A stretch of DNA of 64,000 bases, from NCBI RefSeq assembly GCF_028641065.1, contig NC_073391.1, positions 34,162,001 to 34,226,000 of the forward strand. The letters run 5' to 3'. The notes below the pieces were generated by a model. The model made no database searches, was not told where the DNA came from, and was given only the letters and a program-made list of their open reading frames with translations. The first letter of the stretch is position 1. Each line of letters opens with the position of its first letter. Below, piece after piece: positions 24,078-35,700 of the stretch. Source of the stretch: Leucoraja erinacea (taxonomy: Eukaryota). A program made the position numbers and the translations under genes.

Positions 24078-25796
24078 TAACTCCCACAAATTAACGGTGA
24101 TGAAAACAAACTGAATGTACGTAGCACAGCAACACTTTACATAAAGTTTGATGGGCAGTCATGTCAGGAACCTGAGAGTCAAGAGTATAAAAAGGTGTGA
24201 GAGGCACAGATTGAGTAGACGGTCAGAACCTTTTTTCAGGGTAGAAATGTTTCAAGGTGAGAGGGGCAACGTTTAAAGATGTGCAGGATGCTTTTTTTAC
24301 ATAGAGTGTAAAGTAATGGTGGTTGCCTGGAACGCTGGTGCTGGTGCGTCAGGCAGATTCGATAGTGGCGTTTAAGAGGCTTTTGGAAAGGCGGGTCATG
24401 CAGGGAATGGAGGGAAACATGTATAAATTATATGCAAGCAAATACGAGTTAGTTTTGGCATCATGTTCGGCTGGGATATTGAGGACTGAAGGGCCTGTTC
24501 TTGTGCTAAGTTCTATGCCCAAGGAGCATTTAATTGTCATGCACTGAAAGAGGAACAATGACATTCTTACTTGCTGCAGCGTAACAGGTTCATTAACGCA
24601 ACAACGCCCAGACAAATATGTAATCATCACCAATACAATACATTAATAATCAGGAACTAATTGATAACCAAGCAAAGACCATAGTCGAACTGAAACAGTA
24701 CAGATAGAAGATCATAGTTGCTGAGGTAGGGTCGTGGTTAGGATTCAAGGTGGGTATTGTATCATTTTATTTACAGAGGACAATTAACCTACACACCTTT
24801 GGGATGTGGGACGAAACCGGAGCACCTGGAGAAAACCCACATGGTCACAGAGAGAACATGCAAACTCTGTGCAGATAGCACCCATAGTTAGGATGGAACC
24901 CAGGTCTCTGGTGCTACAAGGCAATAACTCTACCGCTGCGCCACTTTGCCGACCGGGTCTCGGTCCGTGAGTGCTGGGTTGGTAGGTGGGCACACGGCAG
25001 TATCTGGGCTTGCCGCACCAGGGCACCACCCCGGGGCAACAGAGCGACGCAAAGGACAATCCCTTATCGCAGCACCCGGTGGGTGCACTCAGAGCGCAGG
25101 ACGAGATGGGACATGATACACGAGATTCAAAGGGAAAGAATCCTCAGTCAACACTTTGAACATCAAAAAAAACCCACAACCAGCATCACTTAGAGAAACG
25201 TATTCTGTGATTAAACACACAAACAGACGGGACTGCACAAATGCCTTGGGCCAGTGATACAGGGTCTTCCTCCGTCATCTCATGAAGAGCTGAAAACAGA
25301 AGAACAGAGAGAAAGAAGGGGGGGGGGGGGGGGGGGGAGGGGGAGGGGGAGGGGGAGAGGAGAGAGGATGGGAGAAAAAGAGAGGGGGGGGGAGAGAGAA
25401 GAGAGAGAAAGCTGCCCATGCCAATCAAGATGTTCCATCTATGCTCGCACTAACGCTATCACCAACTAGAGAGCTACCATCTACCCCATTGGAGACCCTC
25501 GGTCTATCTTTAATCGGACTTTACTGGACTTGCACGAAACGTTATTTCCTTTGTCCTGTATCTGTACACTGTGAACAGCTTGATTGTAATCACATCTAGT
25601 CTTGCTGCCGTCTGGATAGCACGCAACAAAAAAGCTTTACAATGTGAGAGGGGCAAAGTTTAAAGGAGTTGTGCAGGGCAGGTTTTTTTTTTTACACGCA
25701 CTGCCGGGGGTGGTGGTGGAGACAGATACCATAGTGGCGTTTAAGAGACGTGGATCAGCACATGGATATGTAGGGAATGGAGGGATATGGATTATT

Positions 25797-26100
25797 GTTT
25801 TAGTTTTAGTTTTAGGGATACAGTGTGATAACAGGCCCTTCGGCCCACCGAGTCCGCACCAACCAGCGATCACTCCATACTCTAGTTCAATCCTACACAT
25901 TAGGGACAATTTACAGAAGCCAATTATCCTACAAACCTGCACGTCTTTGAAGTGTAGGACAAAATCGGAACACCCAGAGAAAATCCACGCGGGCACAGGG
26001 GGTACGTGCAAACTCCGTACAGACAGCACCTGTGTTCAGGATCGAACCCCGGTCTCTGGCGCTGCAAGGCAGCAACTCTACCGCTGCGCCACTGTGCCGC
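25797..26100 (-). mobile_element. Full-length V-SINE (HE1-like)
   Basis: A box TGGCGCAGCGG, B box GGTTCGATCC, V-domain, (ctaaaa)n tail. Confidence 0.85.
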
Positions 26101-26679
26101 TCCGGATAACATGCAGGCAGATAAAAGTTGGCCTTAGAATCAGGTTCGGAACGGATATTGTGGGCCGAAGGCTGCACTGTCCTGTGTTCTATATTGTGAA
26201 ACTGTGAGCATTAATATATATGACAATATATTCTATCGCATGTATCATTCCTGTACATCTATTACATCATAGCATTATGAATTACAATGTTCAAAACAGC
26301 TGAATATGCTAATAACTCAGTACTCTAATTATTGAACACCGATAGAGGAATGTAAAAGTATAAGATGCAGAGATGGGTAGAAAGCCAGAGTGTGTTTCCC
26401 TGAGGGTCCATAACCTGAGGGCACAGATTTAAGATGGGAAGGAGGAGGTTTAACGTTAGTGCGATCAGTTTATAGTCATATACTCCAGGGTGCAAAGAAA
26501 CTTCCAAGTTTGTTTCAAATACAAATCAGCAAAATGGTACAAGATTAAAGACTGATCTGATGTAGTACAAAAATAAAGTGCACCAAAGGAATCACCGAAT
26601 GAGGTAGAGTTGGGAGCATGGGTTTGAGTAGCACCACTGGGAAGTGGGTGTGTAAAAGGCAATTAGTTCAGGAATCTGA

Positions 26680-27360
26680 TAGCAGTGAGGAAGAAGCTGT
26701 TCTTATGTCTGAATGTCTGAGCTTCCGTATCTTCTCCCAGAGGTAGAAGAGAGGAAAGAGAATGGTCAGGACGTCAGCATCCTTGACGATGCTTCCCGCC
26801 TTCCTCATGCAACACACCGTGAGGATGGACTGGAAGTGAGGAGCCTGTGATGGACTGGGCTGTGTTCACCGCTCTCTGCATGTTCAGGTGGTCAAGAGCA
26901 GAGCAGTTGCCAGAACAGGCTGAGATGCATCCCATCAGAATACTCTCTATAGCACATCTGTGGAAGTTCAGGAGAACCCTTGAAGACATGCCGAATTTTC
27001 TAGGATGCTTAAGAAAGTAAATACGCTGATGAGCTTTGTAGATCACTACATCAGTGTGAGGGGACCAGGTTAGATGGATGCCCAGGAACCTGAAGCTGTC
27101 GACCATCTCTACAGCAGCTCCGATGATGCGGATGGGGTTGCGTTCTCTCCCTTGCTTCCCGAGGCCAACAACCAATTCTTTTGTCTTGTTCATGCTAAGG
27201 GTTATGTTATTCTGACACCATGATACAAGGGTCCTGAACTGTTTTTTTGTACTCTGTCTCATCATTGGTGTTGATCTGGCCGATGACACTAACATCATCG
27301 GTGACCTTAAAGCTTGAGCTGTCGCCGTTATCAGTGTACATGGAGCAGACCAAGAGACTG
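26680..27360 (-). mobile_element. Rex1/Babar-like LINE RT fragment
   Basis: LVSWCQNN..L...KTKELVV...VDSFRFLGIH...HQRIYFL...KFGMS. Confidence 0.75.
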
Positions 27361-27394
27361 AGCAAACACCTGAAGAGCATCATTGATGAGGGTT

Positions 27395-27602
27395 CAAAGA
27401 AAGAACCAAAGTGCTGGAGTAACTCAGCAGGTCAGGCAACATCTCTGGAGAACATGGGTAGCTGACATTTTAAATCGGGGAAGGGTTCCGACCCAAACTG
27501 CCGCCTATCCATGTTCTCCGGAGATGCTGCCTGATTTGCTGAGTTACTCCAGCACTTTGGGTCTTTTTTTGGTAAACCAGCATCTGCAGTTCCTCGTTTC
27601 TA
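27395..27602. mobile_element. Fold-back Penelope-derived element (two inverted pLTR ends) with degenerate 14-bp TSD
   Basis: Complementary arms of about 55 bp; CATTGATGAGGGTT 27381-27394 and CATTGTCGAGGGTT 27603-27616. Confidence 0.75.
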
Positions 27603-28239
27603 CATTGTCGAGGGTTAGGTGGAGGAAATGTTTCGACCAATTCTGCAAGTCAGGAAGTTCAGAAGCTGATTGCAGATCTTCTACGCAGAACTCAATTCTT
27701 TCAACCATTAAAGACTTTGAAGAAACCTGAATAGCTTGAACAACAAATAAATGTAATCAAATAGTAGAGGTTTGTCTAACGAGGTGATGCTTAAGCAGGT
27801 GGAGTGAACAAATGTTGATGGCCGTGGCTGGAGAGGGGGTGAGGAGACACTGGTTGGCCAGATGCCCCACACCAGCCTGGCTGGTGAGATGGGTGCCTTG
27901 GAACGTGAAGCTGTTTTGGAAGATACCCCCATGTTGCCCTGGACTCACCCACCGGGAGGACATGAAAAGTTCCAGATGCAAATTAAGTGAGTCCCGTCAT
28001 TTCAGTGATGTTTGATATTTCTTTTAAAAAATAAAAGATGTGAGAGAGAAAGTCCAGGGAGGGAAGGAATTTGATATCTTCACAATTTCAACAAAGCACT
28101 CTCACTGCGAGGCTCCCTTTTTATTCTTGCAAAGCTGTTTTTTGTCCTCAGTAACAACGTTTCAAAGGCTTTGTGCCAAACACGCACCTTTCAAAACAAC
28201 CCGGGGTCCGTCTGACTATATCTGTGCAGTTCCCTCTGG

Positions 28240-28454
28240 CGAAGGAAGGAACTGCAGATGCTGGTTTACACCGGAGATAGGCCACAAAATGCTGGAGTAA
28301 CTCAGCGGGTCAGGCAGCATCTTTGGAGAAAAAGAATAGGTGATGTTTTTCGGGTCAGGACCCTTCTTCACACTGTTTGACGAAGGATTCCAACCAGAAA
28401 CATCTCCTATTATTTTTCTGCCTGACCCGCTGAGTCACTCCAGCATTTTGTGTT
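28240..28454. mobile_element. Fold-back Penelope-derived element with 13-bp TSD
   Basis: Inverted arms around two opposed hammerhead remnants; CAGTTCCCTCTGG 28227-28239 and CAGTTTCCTCTGG 28455-28467. Confidence 0.75.
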
Positions 28455-29972
28455 CAGTTTCCTCTGGTGTCCTGTGTACCTACACGAGTCCTTGCAGGGT
28501 GTCACCATGCTAGCAGGCTGTGGTTCCAGGCGGAGAGTCTCGGCTTTCCCAACGGTTTGCACTGAGGGTCAAGATTAGGCCAAGGGCAATCAAAAACGAT
28601 AATTCAAAGGAGACACAAGGAACTGCAGAGGTTGGTTAACAAAACAAGACAAAGTGCTGGCGTAACTGGCCCTGGTTAGTAGGGCCGGAATTACAAGGAG
28701 AGGTTAAGCAGGCTACGACTCGATTCCTTGGAGCGTAGGAGGATGAGGGGTGATCTTAATGAGGTGTATGAGGAATAGATCGGGTAGACACACAGAGTAT
28801 TTTGCCAGTATAGGGGAGTCGATGAATCAGAGGACACAGGATTTAGATGAAGAGGGAAAGATTTAATAGGAACCCGAGGGGTGACTTTTTTTAATACACA
28901 AAAGTTGGTGGCTATATGGAACAAGCTGCCGAAGGAAGTACTATCATTACGTTTCAGAATCCTTTGGACAGATACAAGGATAGGAAAGATTTAGAAGAAT
29001 ATGGCAGGTGGGATTTGTGTAGATGGGGCATGTTGGTTGGCGTGGGCAAGTTGGGCCGAAGGGCCTGTTTCCACACTGTATGTATGGCTCTATGACTATA
29101 CGACTAATACTGGAACTGGAGCAGACCTTTCCACACCCCTTACCTGCTCCACCGTTCAATCAGTTTATGGCTGATCATTGGCACTTTCTCGCAAATCCTC
29201 CGATTTCCTGCATCTCTAAATGGATATAAAGAGTGGCATCAAAATGGAAGAGGAAGCTCTAATGAATAAAACCGAATGCTAAGCATAAGTATGAGTCAGT
29301 CATTTAAAAGACCCTTGGACCGATACATGGATACGAAACATTTGGAGGGATATGGGCCAGGCACAGGAGCTGGCTGCTCTTGAAAATGATGTCAGTCCTC
29401 TAGCTTTCACTTTGACCATCTTCCCAACCAACTATTCACGCGCTTTTGAGTGCAACATGCACTTTAATTTAGTTCAACAACGAAAATAATGTAACTGAAA
29501 AACCCAAAGGGACGAGCAACTAGCAGTTAGGCAACTTGGTTAGCATGGATGAGTTGGACCTAGGAGCCAGTTTCCATCCTGTATAACGTCTATAACTCCA
29601 AGTGCTGTGTGCTTTCTGGAAGGCAGTACAGAAATGCAACTTGGTCTTGAAAGGCTCTCTGCTGAGTGTGAAATGCCAGAGGAGATTTCTGCGCTCAATT
29701 CTTGGGCTCACCAACGGCTTCCTGCACTCACCACCTAGATGAGCAAACCTCAGCATTGACCTCCCGCCCCCCCACCCCGAGCGGGCCATACGGTTTGAAG
29801 GTTTGTCGCTCAGTCGGCAGTTGAAACCAAGATGCCAGGTCCTGCTGAAGGCTTCAACTCAAGCTGCCCCATGTGTAACCATGACTTCAGCAACATTATA
29901 TTTCACTTGGGTAGCTTACACTTCGATAAAACCAGCATCTGACCTTCTTTCCTACACCTTTCCCATCTCCAG

Positions 29973-30432
29973 GTTTAGTTTAGTTTATCGTCACGTGTAC
30001 CGAGGTACAGTGAAAAGCTATTGTTGTGTGCTAACCAGTCAGCTGAACGAGACTATACATGATTACAATCGAGCCGGTCACAGTGTACCGATTCAGGATA
30101 AAGGGAATAATGTTTAGTGCAAGATAAAGTCCAGTAAAGTTCAATTAAAGATAGTATGAGGGTTTCCAATGAAGTAGATGATAATAGGATAGTTCATTTG
30201 CCTGATAACTGCTGGGAAGAAACTGTCCCTGAATCTGGAGGTCTGCGTTTTCACACTTCTGTACCTCTTGCCCGATGGGAGAAGGGAGAAGAAGGAGTGA
30301 CTGGGGCGAGACTGGTCCTTGATTATGCTGGTGGCCTTGCCAAGGCAGGGTGAAGTGTAGATGGAGTCAATGGAAGGGAGATTGGTTTGTGTGATTATCT
30401 GGGATGCGTCCACAATTCTCTGCAATTTCTTG
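29973..30432 (-). mobile_element. Rex1/Babar-like LINE 3' fragment
   Basis: KKLQRIVD.SQ.IT...LPSIDSIY...CLGKA.SIIKD.S.PSH..F.LLPSGKRYRS. Confidence 0.78.
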
Positions 30433-30855
30433 CGGAATAGTCTCTCTCTCTCTCTCTTTAGTTCCCCAATTTTACCACCTTTATTGCATCCTTTTGAATT
30501 CTGTCCCTGAAGGACATCAAACTGAAACATCATTTGCCCATTACGTCCACAGATGCTGCCTGACCTGCGGAGTTCCTCCAGCTCTTTGTGTGTTGGTGAG
30601 AGGTGTCATGGCATCCGTGTGCAGAGATCCACAAAGTGGACAAACCCCTCGTAAAGGGACATGGATACAAAGGAGACGGGTCTATCTCAAAGTGAACTGG
30701 CGAGCTGGAGGTGATCAGGCAGTTTTGTTACGTACACTGCCTGCTCTCCTCTCAGGAGTTCCCAAAAGAATGTAGTTGAAGAAACGTCTCGGTACCAGCC
30801 CAGTGGGTTTGAAAGAGTATGTTTAAAAAATATACTGGGAATCATAGTTGTTGGT

Positions 30856-30889
<34 letters not shown>
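30856..30889. repeat. Poly-G tract (34 nt)
   Basis: Direct reading. Confidence 0.9.
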
Positions 30890-30890
<1 letters not shown>

Positions 30891-31532
30891 AGCTGCTTGT
30901 CCCAATTGCGAGTGGGAAAATTCACATGCCAACAAAGCGGAGAACAAAGAGGCACATTGTTTAACCCTTTCACCCAGCCAGTGCTGCTCATGCGGAAACC
31001 TCAGAACATCATTAAACCCCGCTTATTTCACAGGTACCTTTGAATGTATATGGGTTTTCCGTTGTTAACTACAATCGATGCTATAATTCAATTTACAAAT
31101 GCTTGGGAATTCTTGCCCCATCAGATCGGCACTGGTGGTGGTCCAGGAAAAGTTGTTTTAAAAATTACAATCTTTCTCCATTCATCACTCTAGTTTCTCG
31201 AACTTGCTGGATTCAGTTCAGTCCAGGTGTGAAGTTACACTGAGACTCTATCCATGGAGAGCTGACTTTTTGGGTTGGGACCCTTCTTCAGTGCTCTATC
31301 TAATCTGTAGGTTCCTCGAGCAGATTATCTGGTCAGGAATCATCCATATTTGCACAATCTTGCTCTGTTGCTTTTTTCTAAATTACATTCATCAGTTTGC
31401 TTTGAAAGGAATATGGTTTAGAACATCCATATATCTGTAATATGGTTTAGAACATCCCGTGAGTTGTGACACTGTAGAAATGCCAATTGATCTATTTTCT
31501 GGAAGCTCTGGGCCAGTAATGGGAATGCCGTA

Positions 31533-31737
31533 GAGAGAAGAGACAAGCAACTGCAGGTGTTGGGGGAAAAAAAGACACAAAGTACTGGAGTTATTTGGGT
31601 TAAGCAGCATTTCCGGAGGACATGGACAGGTGATGTTTCAGTCCAAAGAAGGATCCCGACCCAAAACGTTGCCTGTCCATGTCCTCCAGAGGTGTTGCCT
31701 GACCTGCTGAGCTACATTAACATCTTGTGTTCTATAC
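31533..31737. mobile_element. Degenerate fold-back Penelope-derived element
   Basis: Inverted arms; eroded TSD ATGGGAATGCCGTA / ATGGGAAACCCATA. Confidence 0.6.
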
Positions 31738-32314
31738 ATGGGAAACCCATAATCAGAGGCAGGAACCAGAAACAACAGAATGGTGGGGCTAGGGGATAAG
31801 TTCATAGGTTATAGGAGCAGAATTAGGCTATTCGGCCCATCAAATCTACTCTACAATTCAATCATGGCTGACCTATCTTACCCTCTCAACCCTATTCTCC
31901 TGCTTCTCCCCAGAGCCCCCGACACCATATAGTTGGTGAATACTTGGACTTGGACCTGTGCAGCCAGGATGTTGGTCCATGGTTTAAACTTCATTGTCCG
32001 CATGACTATCTGTATGACCACTTGGCAACTGACATCACAGCAACCTGTACAGACGCTATGTCAAAAACCAATAGTAACAAATAGTTTTTGTTTTATAGAC
32101 TCCTGTGACAAATTCCTAATTTCATTTGATGACATAACTTTATTTTTCTAAAATCCTCCTGCCTTGGGTCAATTTGCTTTTTTAAAGGCCTCATATTTAC
32201 ACACAGAAGGGATAACAAACATGTTCAGCGTGATCAGAAATTAGCAGCCTTGTGATATAAAACAAAGCTCAGAAGTGACTGCAGGGAAGGGAAGAACTCG
32301 GTTAAACATCGATG

Positions 32315-32790
32315 ACACCACAGAGAGCATATTAACGTATGGCATCTCTGTGTGGTATGTCAGCTGCACGGAGGTGGAGAGGAGAGCTCTTCAGCGCGTC
32401 GTCCACAGAGCGCAGAGGATCATTGGGACACAGCTACCAGCCTTGGAGAGCATCTACCACACACGGTGCCTCAGGAAGGCCGTCAGCATCCATAAAGACT
32501 CCTCACACCCTTGTAATGGACTGTTCAAACTACTTCCCTCCAGCAGACGTTACAAGGCCTTCTACGCCCGAACCTCCAGACTCAGAAACAGCTTTATTCC
32601 CAGAACTATAGCGGCTCTGAACCGGCCCCGCTGAGTGCCCCCCATCCCCCCTGGACTGTCTCCCTCGGATGGTCACGTCACACAGCTATTTATTTATTTA
32701 TTTTACTCTTCTTTTACATCGGTTGGAAGCTGCGTACTAAATCTCGTTGCACTGACGTACAATGACAATAAAAGATATTATTATTATTAT
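32315..32790 (+). mobile_element. Young Rex1/Babar-type LINE 3' end with (ATT)n tail
   Basis: Open frame TTESILTYGISVWYVSC...ALQRVVHRAQRIIG...SHPCNGLFKLLPSSRRY...RLRNSFIP; AATAAA then (att)n; CpGs preserved. Confidence 0.8.
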
Positions 32791-35700
32791 GAATAATCTT
32801 GTTCTTATGTAAGCCTCGCAAAGGCTGACATTTGTTGTCAAATTTTAATTAGAATCATACAGCATGGAAACAGGCCCTCCTGCCCAGCCTGTCCATGGCA
32901 ACCAAAGTGCCCCATCTATGCTGGTCCCATTTGCCTGCATTTGACCTTTCTCCCTCTAAATATTTCCTATCCATATACCGTCCAAATGTCTTTCAAAAAT
33001 ATTATTGTTTCTGCCCCAGTAAATCCTCTGGCAGCTTGTTCCATATACCCACCACCATCTGTGTGACAATGATTGCCCTCAAGTTCTTATTAAATCTATA
33101 GAATTCCTAATACATCTAAAACAGAGATTAATAGATATTTACTGGACATGAGAATTTTTAAAAAATGGAGCCTAGATGTGGTTGTTAGAATCACAGATCA
33201 TTGATGAGCTAGCAGGAGCTAGATTAAAGGGCTCAATGGCCTCCTCCAGGACATGCATGACATGAAACTGTACAGAGCTTGTACTTTTCTGTACAAAGTT
33301 TGTACCTTCCTGTACGCAGTTTGCACGTTCTCCCTGTGACCGCGTGGTTTTCTCCTGGTGCTCTGGTTTTCTTCCGCACTCCAAAGACATACAGGTTTGT
33401 AGGTTAATTGGCTTCTGTAAATTGTAAATTGTCCCTTGTGTACAGGATAGTGCTAGTGTGCAGGGTGATCGCTGGCACAGTGGGCCGAAGGGCTTGTTAC
33501 AGTGCTGTATCTCTAAACTAAACTAAACGTGAAAGGACCAGACAGAAATTGGAGACCATCCTTTAATTACAGACCCCTTTGTACAATGCATTTGGGTAGT
33601 TGTCAGACTGTTTCTGTTGTGGGGTATTTGCAGAATTAGGAAACAATTTGACCTGCTGATTGAAAGGTTAACTCCCTGCTCTGTGCCCACTGCAATTTTG
33701 TACATTAACGGATTAACAGGAGTCATGTCGCAGGGTTACGATGTGCTATCCAGAATGATAAAGCAGGCCACCTGAAAGTAAGGAACAATGTTTCAAACAG
33801 ATTCAGATGGGATTACCTGGCATTGCCAATATAGCCAGAGGGTTTTCCACAAATGTCCCCTGTACTTGGGTGGGGGGAGGAAAAGTGAAAGAACATTTCT
33901 CACCTCTATCTTTCTGTCTGAAGAAGGGTTCCGACCCAAAACGTCACCTATTCCTATTTTCCCCCCAGAGATGCTGCCTGACCCACTGAGTTACTCCAGC
34001 ATTTTGTATCTATCTTCGGTATAAACCAACATCTGCAGTTCCTTCCTGCACAACAGATAGTTAATCAATGGGCGAGAGAGTGTTAGACCATCTGTGTGCA
34101 AGATCACACTTGTGCAAGAATACCTTTGAGCAATACAGAGTGTGAGAATGTGCAAAGGAATTTTCAGGGATCCCAGTCAGCTGTCTCCAATATTAATTAT
34201 GTCCAGAGTCATGCATACAGAGTCACAGAGTTTTCACCCAGAGTAGTAGAGGCAAGAGCCAGAAGACATAGGTTTAAGGTGAGGGGGGAAAGATTTCATA
34301 TAGGGACTCGAGGGGTAACTTTTTCCACACTGGAAATGAGCTGTTAGAGGCGGTAGTTGAGGCAGGTACTATAACAACATTTAAAAGACTGTTGGACAGG
34401 TACATGGATAGGAAAGGTTCAGAAGGATATGAGCCAAACACAGGCAGCTGGCACTAGTGTAGATGGGGCATCTTGGTCGGCGTGGACAAGTTGGGCCGAA
34501 GGGCCTGTTTCTATGCTGCGTGATTCTTTGACAGGCATCTGGGAGAAAAGCACGCGTAAATTATCTTTTTACAATATGGGATTATTCCTCCTGAGCAAAA
34601 CATCAAGGAAGAGTAGACCGCATGGAAAGAGGAAAATAGATACTAAAAAAAAAAATACTGAACTTAAAAATGAAGTTTTGAAAACCAAACATTCAATCAA
34701 GTGGAGCAAGCACAATGTGTCTGGGTAGAAATCCTGGAGGAGGGGAATTTTACTCGCTTTTCGCTTTAGAAATATTCACTTGACTGGAGCTGCCTGCAGC
34801 GTATCAGGATTTCTTTTAGCTGCAGAGCCTTCGCATTGAGCAAAGGCAATACCTTCCTTTACAAAGCCCAGATTCCTCCACTCCCCTCCGCACAGCCGCT
34901 GGGTACGGCTGCGCCTTTTCTCTCTTTTATTTTAACCCCTCTTGTAAAGGTTAAGTTTGTGTGTGTAAACGGTCATGTCGCACAGCTATGAGAAACAGCC
35001 ACCCCCTGCAACTGGCGAGCAAAGACAGTGACCTGCAACCCTTGTTACTCCTGCAAAAACAAACAGAGATGGCACTGTACCCTCTCCTTATTAACCATCT
35101 GTTGCTACCAGTGGTTGCACTGTGCCACGACACAATGCAGCCCGCCTTCCACCGGGCCACCCACAACTAACGCAAAAGCCTCCTCCCCCAGCCCCCTTGT
35201 TGCAAGCAAGGGACCCTAAAGCTTCCCTCTGCACCACTCCGACCCTTCAGGAGAACACACAATGCGGCAGGGTTGGAGGACGATGAGGCATGTTGGAAGT
35301 GCAATAAGGCTTTTCAATGCAGCCTGCCTTTCATTGCTGGCTGCGTAGCAACACAGATTTGGTTGACATCATTGTGGGGATCTAAGCCAGGCTGTGCAGC
35401 CTTAAAGAGAAAGGGGAGGGGGTGAAGTTTAACTGATTAAGGTCGAGGTGGGGCGTATTGGTGGGTAGGTATGGCTGCATCGGCTGCGGCACTACAAAGT
35501 CATTGTATCGGCTTTTTTTTAAAAAATCTAAAAGGGAGAACCTTTAAATAACACACAGGGTGCCAAGTAGACTTGAGGATAAGGCACTGGGGTAAAAATG
35601 AGATTCAGGAATTGAGAATATCCAAGAGAGTAGATAAATGTGGAGCATTAAAGGGGAGATCGAAAAAAAATGGAGGGAGATGGAGAGAAATTACAAACGC

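Noticed and set aside
30856-30889. Long poly-G/C runs (also 4486, 14076, 19853, 25318, 43823) as functional G-quadruplexes
   Set aside because: Simple homopolymers of unreliable length with no positional pattern
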